Of a stretch of DNA of 64,000 nt, positions 17,447 through 26,800 are shown in pieces. The DNA comes from Nitrospirota bacterium (GTDB taxonomy: Bacteria > Nitrospirota > Thermodesulfovibrionia > Thermodesulfovibrionales > Magnetobacteriaceae): assembly GCA_015233615.1 (NCBI GenBank), contig JADFXJ010000002.1:10667-74666 (forward strand). The letters are read 5' to 3'. A program made the position numbers and the translations under genes. Each line of letters opens with the position of its first letter. The first letter of the stretch is position 1. The notes under the pieces were generated by a model. That model ran no database searches. It saw only the letters and a program-made list of their open reading frames with translations, and was not told the DNA's origin.

Positions 17447-17681
17447 GCACGCAACGGATAGCGATTAATCGGGCAATTAATTATAGAGTATCGGGTTATC
17501 GTATAAATAGAGATATACATAACCGGCGTCTTTGTTGTATCATTCCATGTATTATAAGTAACGGGGGTTTTCCGGGAATAATAAACAGGCCGGAAATAAT
17601 AGACGGGAACGCCAGAAAAGCAGGCTATAAAAATTATTTCTAAATAATTTTCGAAAAATATTAATAAAGAGGGAACAAATT

Positions 17682-18875
17682 ATGATATCAGAACGTGCCG
17701 GTAAAATAAAGCCTTCGGCTACGTTGTCCATAGACAGCAAGGCAAAAGAGATGAAGGCCATGGGAGTGGACGTCATAAGCTTTGCCGTTGGAGAGCCCGA
17801 CTTCGATACACCCGACAACGTCAAGGCCGCCGCAGTGAAGGCATTGAACGACGGTTTCACCAAGTATACCCCCGTTGGCGGAATACCTCAGCTTAAGGAC
17901 GCCATAATAGAGAAACTCCGGAGGGATAATTCCTTAGAATATATGAGAGACGAGGTCGTGGTATCGTGCGGGGCGAAACATTCCCTGTACAACGTGGCAC
18001 AGGCCCTGTACTCTCCGCAGGACGAGGTTATAGTGCCGGCACCGTACTGGGTGTCTTACCCTGACCAGGTGCTGCTAAACGACGGCATCCCGGTATTTAT
18101 CGAGACCGGCGAGGATAACAAGTTTTTGGCAACACCCGAGGCTATATCCGAAAAAATCACGTCCAGGACGAAAGCCATAATCTTAAACTACCCGTCTAAC
18201 CCTACCGGATTTACTTATGGCCGCAATAACCTCGAAGGAATTGCCGAACTTGCGGTTAAGCACAACCTTTACGTCATTTCTGACGAGATTTACGAAAAGC
18301 TCCTTTACAACGGCGTGAAGCACGTAAGCATCGCGTCCCTTGACCCAGAGATTAAGAAGAGGACCGTCGTCATAAACGGCTTTTCCAAGGCTTATGCCAT
18401 GACCGGCTGGAGACTCGGATACGCTGCCGGGCCGGCCGACGTCATGAAGGCCGTCGAAAACATACAGAGCCAGTCCACGTCCAATCCTACGTCTTTCGCA
18501 CAGAAGGCCGCGGTGGAGGCTCTCGAAGGCCCACAGGAATTTATCGGCCGGATGCTTGCCGAGTTCGACAAAAGGAGGAAGTTTCTCGTATCCGGGTTAA
18601 ACGCCATAGACGGCGTATCGTGCATAATGCCGGAGGGTGCCTTCTACGCATTCCCGAACGTGAAAAAATACGTTGGTACAGGCACTGGAAAGTGGCGGAT
18701 ACAAGGCTCCTCCGACATGGCGATGTATCTGCTCGAAGAGGCACACGTGGCATTGGTGCCGGGGAGTGCGTTCGGGGCCGAGGGGTATATAAGGATGTCT
18801 TATGCCACGTCGATGGAAAATCTGCGTGAGGGCACAAGCCGGATAAAGGAAGCGCTGAGTAAACTCTCCCGATAA
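17682..18875 (+). CDS. class I PLP-dependent (aspartate-type) aminotransferase
   Basis: KPSATLSIDSKAKEMKAMGVDVISFAVGEPDFDTP, NYPSNPTG, and the FSKAYAMTGWRLGY PLP-lysine motif. Confidence 0.9.
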   Translation: MISERAGKIKPSATLSIDSKAKEMKAMGVDVISFAVGEPDFDTPDNVKAAAVKALNDGFTKYTPVGGIPQLKDAIIEKLRRDNSLEYMRDEVVVSCGAKHSLYNVAQALYSPQDEVIVPAPYWVSYPDQVLLNDGIPVFIETGEDNKFLATPEAISEKITSRTKAIILNYPSNPTGFTYGRNNLEGIAELAVKHNLYVISDEIYEKLLYNGVKHVSIASLDPEIKKRTVVINGFSKAYAMTGWRLGYAAGPADVMKAVENIQSQSTSNPTSFAQKAAVEALEGPQEFIGRMLAEFDKRRKFLVSGLNAIDGVSCIMPEGAFYAFPNVKKYVGTGTGKWRIQGSSDMAMYLLEEAHVALVPGSAFGAEGYIRMSYATSMENLREGTSRIKEALSKLSR

Positions 18876-18927
18876 ACCGGCTTAAAAACCGGCGTAAGAG
18901 GATGTTGGATGAGCACGTTGGAGGTGA

Positions 18928-19839
18928 ATGTTGGAGGAGAGTGTTGGCCGTTGTGGTTTTATATCCGTCGTCGGGAAGCCTAACGTTGGCAAGTCGTCCA
19001 TCGTAAACAGGATAATCGGCCAGAAAGTATCTATAGTCACGCCGAAGCCGCAGACTACGAGGTACAGGGCCCTGGGAATAAAGACCACGCAGTCGGGGCA
19101 GATCATATTCGTCGACACCCCCGGCTTTCACGAGCCTAAGAACATGCTTGGCGAGCTGATACTCAAAACTTCCAGGGAAGTGCTCAAAGAAGGCGACCTC
19201 GTATACTTCGTCGCAGAGCCCGGGATGCCCGGCCCGGACGACCTTTCTATCCTAAAATTGCTGCACAGGGAAGGCAAGACGGCTATTGCCGTAATAAACA
19301 AGGTGGACACCGTGAAAAAGGAGCTTTTATTGCCCGTCATCGAAGATTACGGCAGTCGTTATCCTTTTGTACTCATAATTCCGGTGAGTGCCTCAACCGG
19401 CGACGGCATAGACGAACTGGTACGAAAAACCATGGAATATCTGCCGGAGGGCCCCAAGTACTATCCGGACGACGTTTATACCGACCAGGCGGCGCGGGAC
19501 ATGGCCTCGGAGCTGATAAGAGAGAAACTGATGCTATACACCCGGGAGGAAGTTCCGCACTCGGTAGCCGTCGACGTATATGAGTGGAAGGGGAGTAACA
19601 AAGGAATTATATCGATAGCGGCAAATATTTATGTTGAAAAAGACAGCCAAAAGGGTATAATAATAGGGAGAAACGGCACGATGTTAAAAAAGGTTGGCAC
19701 TAAAGCCAGGAGAGAGATAGAACTGCTGATAGGGGAAAAAGTGTTTTTAAGCATATTTGTGAAGGTAAGGAAGGACTGGCGCAAAGATTTAAACGTGTTA
19801 AAAGACTTGGGGTTCAGCCGGAAGGCCATAAAATGGTGA
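18928..19839 (+). CDS. era: GTPase Era
   Basis: G1 GKPNVGKSS, PQTTR, DTPG, NKVD, and a C-terminal KH domain (VEKDSQKGIIIGRNGTMLKKVG). Confidence 0.95.
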   Translation: MLEESVGRCGFISVVGKPNVGKSSIVNRIIGQKVSIVTPKPQTTRYRALGIKTTQSGQIIFVDTPGFHEPKNMLGELILKTSREVLKEGDLVYFVAEPGMPGPDDLSILKLLHREGKTAIAVINKVDTVKKELLLPVIEDYGSRYPFVLIIPVSASTGDGIDELVRKTMEYLPEGPKYYPDDVYTDQAARDMASELIREKLMLYTREEVPHSVAVDVYEWKGSNKGIISIAANIYVEKDSQKGIIIGRNGTMLKKVGTKARREIELLIGEKVFLSIFVKVRKDWRKDLNVLKDLGFSRKAIKW

Positions 19840-20285
19840 TAAGGATGAAAGTCGACGGGCTTCTTTTCGATCCCCGCAGCGGGATGTATATTTTGCTATT
19901 GAAGGCGATAGAAGGAGAGGAGACTTTGCCAATATGGATAGGCAAGCCCGAAGCCGATTCAATCGCTCTGGCATTAGGCCGCGTGGTAACGCCTCGCCCG
20001 CTGACTCACGATCTGGTAAAGAATATCGTGGAAGAGTTACACATGAACATATCCAAAGTAGTGGTCAGAGAGATAATAGACAACACCTATTACGCGACTC
20101 TGTTCGTATCGGACGGCAAGCATGAAAAGCTTATCGACTCAAGGCCCAGTGACGCGGTAGCGGTAGCCCTGAGGACTAACTCTCCCATATTCGTTGACGA
20201 GAGCGTTATAGAGCGGCGTAACACGGACGAACTCGAAGAATGGCTCAAAAACCTTAAGCCCGAAGATTTTGGCAACATCATGTAA
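19833..20285 (+). CDS. bifunctional nuclease family protein (DUF151-like)
   Basis: LPIWIGKPEADSIALAL..PRPLTHDL..YYATLFV...IDSRPSDAVAVALR matches this family. It overlaps the era stop. Confidence 0.8.
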   Translation: MVIRMKVDGLLFDPRSGMYILLLKAIEGEETLPIWIGKPEADSIALALGRVVTPRPLTHDLVKNIVEELHMNISKVVVREIIDNTYYATLFVSDGKHEKLIDSRPSDAVAVALRTNSPIFVDESVIERRNTDELEEWLKNLKPEDFGNIM

Positions 20286-21190
20286 TGCTTCGCCGCACCG
20301 AAGGTATCGTCGTCAAGAGTTTTCCCTATGGCGACGCAGATTTGATAGTCTCTTTCTTTACGTTGGATTTTGGCATGCTGAAGGTCTTCGCAAAAAGTCC
20401 GCGCAAGATTAAAAGCCGTTTCGGTAGTTCCCTCGAGCCTTTCAGCCGCGACACGGTATCCTTCCTTGGAAAAGAGCACGCGTCTTTACCACGCCTCACC
20501 CAAGCCGACATCGTATATTCTTTCCAGGGCCTGAGGGAGGATTTTGGAACTTTCGTCAGGGCCACGGAACTCCTCGAGATAACCGCCGGCCTGATTCCGG
20601 AGATGGAACCCCACCGCGAGCTATACGCCATGCTCCTGGACACGATGAGGCAATTCGAAAACGGCGGGATTCAATCCGGCAAAGGACAGACCGGCAGAGT
20701 GCAACCAAATGCAGTTGCACCCAATGCCGGATATTCCAATAGAGTACACGTCAATGGAGCACAGGCCAACGGAGGAGCCAACGGGGTGCAGTCGAGGTGG
20801 AAGTTATTTTATAAAGTGAAGTTGCTTTCCATAGCCGGCTTTTCGCCCCGTCTGGATGGCTGCCTCAAATGCGGCAAAAAGGGCAGTGTGTTCCACGTCA
20901 ACGAGGGGGCCATCATCTGTCCCGGGTGTTCGGCAGACCACTCGGCAGTCAATGCGATGCCGTCAAATAAGAACTACATCCTGCTGTCACAAGGCGCCAT
21001 AAACCTGTACGAACACATAACGAGATGGCGATGGAACAAGCTTGGCCGTATCGTGCCTCCCCAGCAACTTGTGGACGAGCTGGACGCCCTGATGAACGAG
21101 CACATCAGGTTCAGAACCGAAAGAGAGATCAGAACAAGAGCCTTCATGGAAAAATGCCCTCCTGCCACAACCCGGGTACCGGGGCTATAG
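20285..21190 (+). CDS. recO: DNA repair protein RecO, with a low-complexity insertion
   Basis: TEGIVVKSFPYGDADLIVSFFT OB-fold start and a CLKCGK...CPGC zinc motif. The insertion of about 40 aa lies at 20672-20794. Confidence 0.85.
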   Translation: MLRRTEGIVVKSFPYGDADLIVSFFTLDFGMLKVFAKSPRKIKSRFGSSLEPFSRDTVSFLGKEHASLPRLTQADIVYSFQGLREDFGTFVRATELLEITAGLIPEMEPHRELYAMLLDTMRQFENGGIQSGKGQTGRVQPNAVAPNAGYSNRVHVNGAQANGGANGVQSRWKLFYKVKLLSIAGFSPRLDGCLKCGKKGSVFHVNEGAIICPGCSADHSAVNAMPSNKNYILLSQGAINLYEHITRWRWNKLGRIVPPQQLVDELDALMNEHIRFRTEREIRTRAFMEKCPPATTRVPGL

Positions 21191-21376
21191 GCACGCAGAC
21201 ACGTGGGGAGCGTCAACAAATGGGCCGTCTTCTTGCTTATCCGCGTATTCCGTTGATATCGGCCACTTATTCCGGGTATTAACCTCACACCGGTATTATT
21301 CTATACCATAGCCGTCAAGTTAGAAGCTCCGTATTACGTCACTGCCGGTTAGTGTCCTGTCAACGGTAATATGGCG

Positions 21377-21511
21377 CATTCCGGATAGAGCTGAGTCGTC
21401 ATCCGAATTTGCGGGATTTGCGGACCAGCAGTCTGTTCTTGTTCTGTCCTTTGCAGACGGACAAGGGCAGATTCCGGTCCGCGAATGCGGCTGACGGCTC
21501 TAACCGGAATG
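21377..21511. repeat. family B palindromic element (GGCTGACGGCTCT type)
   Basis: The ends cattccggatagagc...gctctaaccggaatg form an imperfect palindrome. The core is ccgcgaatgcggctgacggctct. Related copies lie at 26586-26629, 36423-36610, 41135-41163, 43067-43114 and 56791-56869. Confidence 0.75.
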
Positions 21512-21717
21512 ACGTATGGGCGGGAGATGACGGTATGAGGGTGGAATGACGGGCAAGGACGATAAAAGAGTTGAGCATCGCGTAAATAATATTATAAATT
21601 TTTTAAAATTTAAAAGAGGACTAATCTAATCTTCATTATTCCTTCATAATTAAATGCTATATTAAGTATAAGAATGAAAACGAACAAAAGATAAAAAAAT
21701 GAAACAAGGAGGTCACA

Positions 21718-22092
21718 ATGGTAAAAACTATATTAGCATCGGTAGCAGTGCTTTTACTGGCTTTTGCAGTTGTCGGCTCGGTTTCTCAAGTCGGCATGTC
21801 AGAGGATATGTTATCTTTCTCACCCGTCCATACTGAAGACTACGTTAACCTTGCTTTGCCGGCAGGCCCGGCTTTGGAAGCCACCGGGGGAGATAATATC
21901 CCATCGTATACTCCGATGTTTATGTTATCTTTCTCACCCGTGTACACGGGCCCGGCTTTGCAGACCGGCTCAATCTCGGTAGCAGGCATTAATGAGGCTA
22001 TGTCATCGTATGCTGCGGAAATCGAGCTGCCTTTTTCACCCAAAAATGCAGATGACAATGACGCGCTTATTGGTACCAATTGCCATTGCTGA
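21718..22092 (+). CDS. small secreted protein with internal LSFSPV(H/Y)T repeats
   Basis: Strong SD aaggagg and a signal peptide (MVKTILASVAVLLLAFAVVG). The 22-nt block atgttatctttctcacccgt(c/g)(c/t) is repeated at 21808 and 21922. The protein ends ...GTNCHC. Confidence 0.55.
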   Translation: MVKTILASVAVLLLAFAVVGSVSQVGMSEDMLSFSPVHTEDYVNLALPAGPALEATGGDNIPSYTPMFMLSFSPVYTGPALQTGSISVAGINEAMSSYAAEIELPFSPKNADDNDALIGTNCHC

Positions 22093-22148
22093 TGACTTTC
22101 GGCAAACTATTGCCCGGTAGGCCATTACAATTATTCGGAGTTAAGAAA

Positions 22149-22182
22149 AGCTCCTTCCACCTGATAGGTAGAGGGAGCTTTT
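22149..22182 (+). terminator. candidate terminator hairpin
   Basis: Imperfect stem agctccttccacct / aggtagagggagct, followed by tttt. Confidence 0.45.
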
Positions 22183-22409
22183 AACGTTTATATTACGTAA
22201 CATTCCGCAACATCCTACATCATTACGCAACAGGCCTAATCATACATATTTCATCCGGCTTTCCCGTGCCTGAACAACACCACGCCAGCCGCTAAAGGCA
22301 GCGCCTGAGCCCGCTTTAGCCGTCAGGGTTACATTCGATCATAGTAGCCTCTTAGCCATGCTTTATGGCACACTTGCCCTTTGCCCGGGGTGAATGTTAT
22401 ATTATTCTA

Positions 22410-22667
22410 ATGCTTGCGGTATTGTTCGATACATTAAAGGTAGTCGAATCGTTAACGTCCTCCGGTTTTACCGAAGAACAAGCTAAAGGCTCGTCTGAAG
22501 CCCTTAAAACCGCCCGTGGAACAAGCGTAGAAGATTTAGCGACAAAATCAGACTTGCAAATCCTGGAAGCCGGAATTAATGGTGAACTAAAACCTCTTAA
22601 ATGGATGACGGGTATCGTGTTAGCCGGGGTACTGTCGCTCATCATGAAAGCCTTCTTCATGCAATAA
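22410..22667 (+). CDS. DUF1640-like coiled-coil/TM protein
   Basis: MLAVLFDTLKVVESLTSSGFTEEQAKG...DLATKSDL... followed by a C-terminal TM segment (IVLAGVLSLIMKAFF). The ORF track starts earlier, at 22365. Confidence 0.6.
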   Translation: MLAVLFDTLKVVESLTSSGFTEEQAKGSSEALKTARGTSVEDLATKSDLQILEAGINGELKPLKWMTGIVLAGVLSLIMKAFFMQ

Positions 22668-22680
22668 CGACTTGGTATAC

Positions 22681-22833
22681 TGTCAACCCAAATTCCGAGA
22701 TAGAAACAGGAGACATTATATTTTATTGTCATTGCGAGCACCTGAAAGGTGCGCGGCAATCTCATGGAAAACACGAGATTGCTTCGCTTCGCTCGCAATG
22801 ACATTTTTCTATGTCGGGATTTGGGTGTCAACA
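22681..22833. repeat. nested palindromic element (GTCATTGCGAGC...GCTCGCAATGAC type)
   Basis: Outer arms are acccaaattccgagata / tatgtcgggatttgggt. The 12-bp perfect arms gtcattgcgagc (22728) and gctcgcaatgac (22791) enclose an inner pair gcaatctc / gagattgc. Confidence 0.75.
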
Positions 22834-22864
22834 CATATGTTGCGTTTTTATGTTATAATTATAC

Positions 22865-23296
22865 ATGAAAAGTTTGCTTATACTCTTTTTTCTGCTGTTT
22901 TGCATGGCCGTTGGTACGGCAGGAACTCTTAACTCGGCCGATTCTTCTTTCACGCAAGAGGACAGAGAGCGGATTATAAGGCTTGAAGAAGGGTTAAAAG
23001 CCACCAACCAGAGAATCACCGACCTGAAAGAATCGGTGAATAACGACGTTAAGACATTAAGGGAATCGGTGAATAACGACATTAAGTCATTAAGAGACTT
23101 ATCATACGTAATATTAGGCGGTATATTTGTTCTTATTACGTTTGTGCTATGGGACAGGCGCACAACACTTGCGCCGGTCGTCAGAACGACAAGAGAACTC
23201 GAAGAACGTACTACGAAAATAGAACACGTGATAAAAGGGAAGGCCGAGAAAGACCCGGAATTGAAGAAAGCTTTAAAACACGCCGGCTTGTTGTAA
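22865..23296 (+). CDS. secreted/membrane coiled-coil protein of unknown function
   Basis: Signal peptide MKSLLILFFLLFCMAVG, the repeat DLKESVNNDVKTLRESVNNDIKSLRD, and one TM segment (ILGGIFVLITFVLW). Confidence 0.5.
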   Translation: MKSLLILFFLLFCMAVGTAGTLNSADSSFTQEDRERIIRLEEGLKATNQRITDLKESVNNDVKTLRESVNNDIKSLRDLSYVILGGIFVLITFVLWDRRTTLAPVVRTTRELEERTTKIEHVIKGKAEKDPELKKALKHAGLL

Positions 23297-23333
23297 CGGC
23301 TCCGGGCTGACAGATCAGTGGCACACGTGCGGG

Positions 23334-26300
23334 CTACGCGTTATCGACCTTATCAACCTCTCCGGCGTTTAAGTGTCTGCCTTTCCAGAGCAGGTAAATG
23401 GCGGGATATATAACGAGTTCGAGAATAGTCGATGTGACGACACCACCCAGCATTGGAGCGGCTATTCGTTTCATAACGTCGGAGCCGGGACCATGGCTGA
23501 ACATAACCGGTACCAGACCGGCGAGAATTACGCTCACGGTCATTATTTTTGGGCGTATCCTCTTCACGGCTCCGTACATAACAGCCTCTTTGAGATCGTC
23601 GGCAGAGTTTAACATCCTTTCGTTTTTCCACCGATCGTAGGCCAACTCCAGGTACAGAAGCATCACTACTCCCGTTTCGGCGTCTAAACCGGCCAGGGCA
23701 ATCATACCAACCCACACCGCGATGCTCATGTTGTATTTCAGAATGTAGAGGAACCAGAAAGAGCCCACAAGGGAAAAGGGCACGGCCAGGAGCACGATGA
23801 AGGTCTTGACTACGGACCGGGTATTTAAGTATACGAGCACGAAGATGACGAACGCCGTCAGGGGTATCACCATCTTAAGCCGCTCGTGGGTCTTTACGAG
23901 GTATTCGTATTCGCCGCTCCATACAAGCCTGTAACCATTAGGGAGCTTTAACGAGGCGATGCTTTTTTTCGCGTCGTCCACGAAACTGCCCACGTCTCTG
24001 CCCGAAAAATCGATATATACGTAAGAGGCAAGCAGCCCCTCCTCGCTCTTTATAACCGTAGGCCCCTTGCTAACTTTAATGTCCGCCAGCTCTCCTAGGG
24101 GAACCCCGGAAATAAACGACACCGTCCCCGGTACCGTACCGGACATATTTGACGAATTTATGGAGTCGCTTGCGGATGAGCTTTTCAATGAACCACCCAT
24201 AAGCGGTACGAGCACCCTCTTGATATCTTCGACGTCGTGGCGCAGATCCCGCTGATAGCGCACGTTTACGGGATAGCGCTCTCTACCCTCTACGGTGGTA
24301 GTCACGTTCATGCCCCCTATGGCGGATTGCACAATATCGAGTACGTCGTCTACGGTAAGGCCATACCGCGCGGCTTCTTCCCTTTTGACGACTATATCCA
24401 GAAAATACCCCGTAGTCACCCTTTCGGCGTACACGCTCCTCGTTCCGCGAACCCCTTTTATATTTTTTTCGATTTCCAGGCCGATTTGTTCGAGCTCTTC
24501 GAGACGCGGCCCCAGTATCTTAATTCCTACCGGAGTCCGTATGCCGGTAGCCAGCATGTCGATTCTTGCCTTTATGGGCATGGTAAAGGAATTGGCTACA
24601 CCGGGAATAGTAAGGGCGTCGTTCATTTCGTCCTTTATTTTATCGGGGGTCATTCCTTTGCGCCACTGATTTTCAGGCTTAAGGTTGACGACGGTCTCGA
24701 ACATCTCGATTGGAGCAGGGTCGGTGGCGGTCTCCGCGCGTCCTGCCTTGCCAAACACACTGGATACCTCCGGTATGGCCTTGATAATCCTGTCCTGAAG
24801 ATTAAGCAGCCTGGAGGCCTCCTGTATGGACGCCCCCGGCACGGTAACCGGCATGTAAAAAAGCGTGCCCTCGTATAAAGGCGGCATAAACTCCGTACCC
24901 AGCTTTCTGAAGGGATATATGGTAAGTGCCATCACTATCAGTGCCAGTATGATTACGCCCACCTTAAACCTCAGCGCCAACCGGGCCACGGGCTCGTAGA
25001 GACCGCGCAGCAACAGGCTTACGGGGTTTTTTTCCTCCGGCCTTATCTTACCCCTGATAAAAACTGACATGAGCACCGGCGTAATGGTAATTGCGAGGAA
25101 CGCCGAAAAGAGCATAGCAAAGGTTTTAGTGTAAGCCAGCGGTTTAAAGAGTCTCCCGGCCTGCTCCTGAAGCGTAAAAACCGGCAAAAAACCCACCGTT
25201 ATCACCAGCAGTGAGAAAAACAGAGACGGCCCAACCTCTTTTGCCGCCTCTATTATAACGTCGAGACGGCACCCCGGTTGTCTTCCATCGTTCTCCCACT
25301 GCTCAAGATTCTTGTGGGCGTTTTCGACCATTATTATAGAGGCGTCCACCATGGCTCCGATGGCTATGGCTATGCCGCTTAAGCTCATTATGTTCGCCGT
25401 CACTTTCAGGTAGTACATGCATATAAAAGACATGATTATGGCTATTGGAAGAGTCAATATAACCACGAGGGCACTCGGCAGGTGGAACAAAAACACTATG
25501 CACACCACGCTGACGGCCAGCGTGAGTTTTATGATCTCCTCTTTCAGCGTGCCTATGGCCCCCCGTATGAGATCCGACCTGTCATACGTAACCACCACCT
25601 TAACGCCCTCGGGTAAGGAGGGTTTAATGTCCTCGTCGATCTTTTTCTTTACCCTGTCTATGACGCTGAGGACGTTTTCGCCAAACCTTACTACCACTAT
25701 GCCGCCGGCGACCTCACCCTTTCCGTCGAGCTCGGCCAATCCCCTCCTGATTTCGGGCCCCAGCTCCACCCGGCCCACGTCCCTTATGAAAACTGGCGTA
25801 CCCACGCCATTGGTGCCCAGAACAATATCTTCGATGTCCTTTATATTCTTTATATACCCGCGTCCACGCACCATGTACTCGGCACCGGAAAACTCTATAA
25901 CCCTTCCCTCCACGTCCCTGTTACTCTTTCTTATGGCCTCCGCGACCTTTGTAATTGGAATGTTGTAGGCGGCGAGCCTGTTGGGGCTCAGTGTCACCTG
26001 ATATTGCTTGACAAATCCTCCGACGCTTGCCACCTGTGAAACACCCTGGACGCTTTCCAGGGCGAGCTTCAGGTTGTAATCCTCTAAAGAGCGCAACTGG
26101 GAAAGGTCGTGGCGGCCGGTTTCGTCTACGAGGGCATAGGAAAAACCCCATCCGAGACTGGTAGCGTCAGGGCCAAGGGTGGGATTTGCGTCGGCTGGAA
26201 GCTTGCTCCGTACCGACTGCAGATACTCCAGTATGCGGCTTCTTGCCCAATATATGTCGGTGCCCTCTTCGAATATCACGTAAACGAAGGAACTACCGAG

Positions 26301-26561
26301 AAAAGAAAACCCGCGTACAGCCGTAACCTTTGGGGCGGCCAGGAGAGTTGACGTTATCGGGTAGGTAACCTGATCTTCAACGAGATCCGGGCTTCTGCCG
26401 ATCCAATCGGTGTATACTATGACCTGCGTGTCGCTAAGGTCGGGAATGGCGTCGAGGGGAGTCTTCTTCAATGACCAATACCCCCAGATAAAGAGAAAAA
26501 TCACCAGAAGGGTAACGACAAAACGGTTGCGGGCACTGAATTCTATAATCCTGGAAATCAC
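23334..26561 (-). CDS. cusA: CusA-type heavy-metal efflux RND permease
   Basis: The N-terminus NRFVVTLLVIFLFIWGYWSLKKTPLDAIPDLSDTQVIVYTDWIGRSPDLVEDQVTYPI and GFSFLGSSFVYVIFEEGTDIYWARSRILEYL closely follow E. coli CusA as I recall it. 1075 aa. Confidence 0.9.
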   Translation of the reverse strand: MISRIIEFSARNRFVVTLLVIFLFIWGYWSLKKTPLDAIPDLSDTQVIVYTDWIGRSPDLVEDQVTYPITSTLLAAPKVTAVRGFSFLGSSFVYVIFEEGTDIYWARSRILEYLQSVRSKLPADANPTLGPDATSLGWGFSYALVDETGRHDLSQLRSLEDYNLKLALESVQGVSQVASVGGFVKQYQVTLSPNRLAAYNIPITKVAEAIRKSNRDVEGRVIEFSGAEYMVRGRGYIKNIKDIEDIVLGTNGVGTPVFIRDVGRVELGPEIRRGLAELDGKGEVAGGIVVVRFGENVLSVIDRVKKKIDEDIKPSLPEGVKVVVTYDRSDLIRGAIGTLKEEIIKLTLAVSVVCIVFLFHLPSALVVILTLPIAIIMSFICMYYLKVTANIMSLSGIAIAIGAMVDASIIMVENAHKNLEQWENDGRQPGCRLDVIIEAAKEVGPSLFFSLLVITVGFLPVFTLQEQAGRLFKPLAYTKTFAMLFSAFLAITITPVLMSVFIRGKIRPEEKNPVSLLLRGLYEPVARLALRFKVGVIILALIVMALTIYPFRKLGTEFMPPLYEGTLFYMPVTVPGASIQEASRLLNLQDRIIKAIPEVSSVFGKAGRAETATDPAPIEMFETVVNLKPENQWRKGMTPDKIKDEMNDALTIPGVANSFTMPIKARIDMLATGIRTPVGIKILGPRLEELEQIGLEIEKNIKGVRGTRSVYAERVTTGYFLDIVVKREEAARYGLTVDDVLDIVQSAIGGMNVTTTVEGRERYPVNVRYQRDLRHDVEDIKRVLVPLMGGSLKSSSASDSINSSNMSGTVPGTVSFISGVPLGELADIKVSKGPTVIKSEEGLLASYVYIDFSGRDVGSFVDDAKKSIASLKLPNGYRLVWSGEYEYLVKTHERLKMVIPLTAFVIFVLVYLNTRSVVKTFIVLLAVPFSLVGSFWFLYILKYNMSIAVWVGMIALAGLDAETGVVMLLYLELAYDRWKNERMLNSADDLKEAVMYGAVKRIRPKIMTVSVILAGLVPVMFSHGPGSDVMKRIAAPMLGGVVTSTILELVIYPAIYLLWKGRHLNAGEVDKVDNA

Positions 26562-26563
26562 CT

Positions 26564-26800
26564 TTAGACCTCTTTAACCACGAAAAACCCCGCGAATCCC
26601 GCAAATTCTGCAAATACGGCTAACGGCTCAAAAAAAAGATTTTTAACCACGAAACACACGAAAAGCACGAAAGAAAGACTATTTTCCTGTCGTTTTGGGC
26701 AAGTGATGGAATCCGTCCTTAAGTCCTTGTCCTTTTTCGTGCTTTTCGTGTGTTTCGTGGTTAAAAAATCCTTTTGTCCTTTGTAAGTTGGTATTAGCCC
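26564..26800. repeat. composite family A/B repeat element in the cusB-cusA spacer
   Basis: There is a family B-like core (cgcgaatcccgcaaattctgcaaatacggctaacggctc). There is also a perfect 30-bp inverted repeat, ttaaccacgaaacacacgaaaagcacgaaa (26643-26672) / tttcgtgcttttcgtgtgtttcgtggttaa (26735-26764). Confidence 0.85.

Noticed and set aside
18541-19131. 196-aa minus-strand ORF spanning the aminotransferase-era junction
   Set aside because: It is Arg/Pro/Ser-rich, a typical antisense translation of GC-rich coding sequence, and it crosses an intergenic spacer.
21718-22092. Repeat-containing secreted peptide as a RiPP precursor
   Set aside because: There is no adjacent maturation enzyme, transporter or protease. 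A Sec-type signal peptide argues for ordinary export. It is kept only as a low-interest finding.
24237-24878. 213-aa and other plus-strand ORFs inside cusA (24295..24669, 25417..25968, etc.)
   Set aside because: All lie within the 1075-aa CusA gene, which is supported end to end by similarity to the CusA I recall.
26564-26800. Possibility that the CACGAAA/TTCGTG arrays are a CRISPR array
   Set aside because: The units are 7-10 nt degenerate repeats without regularly sized unique spacers. Copies are dispersed in both orientations, and no cas genes are present.
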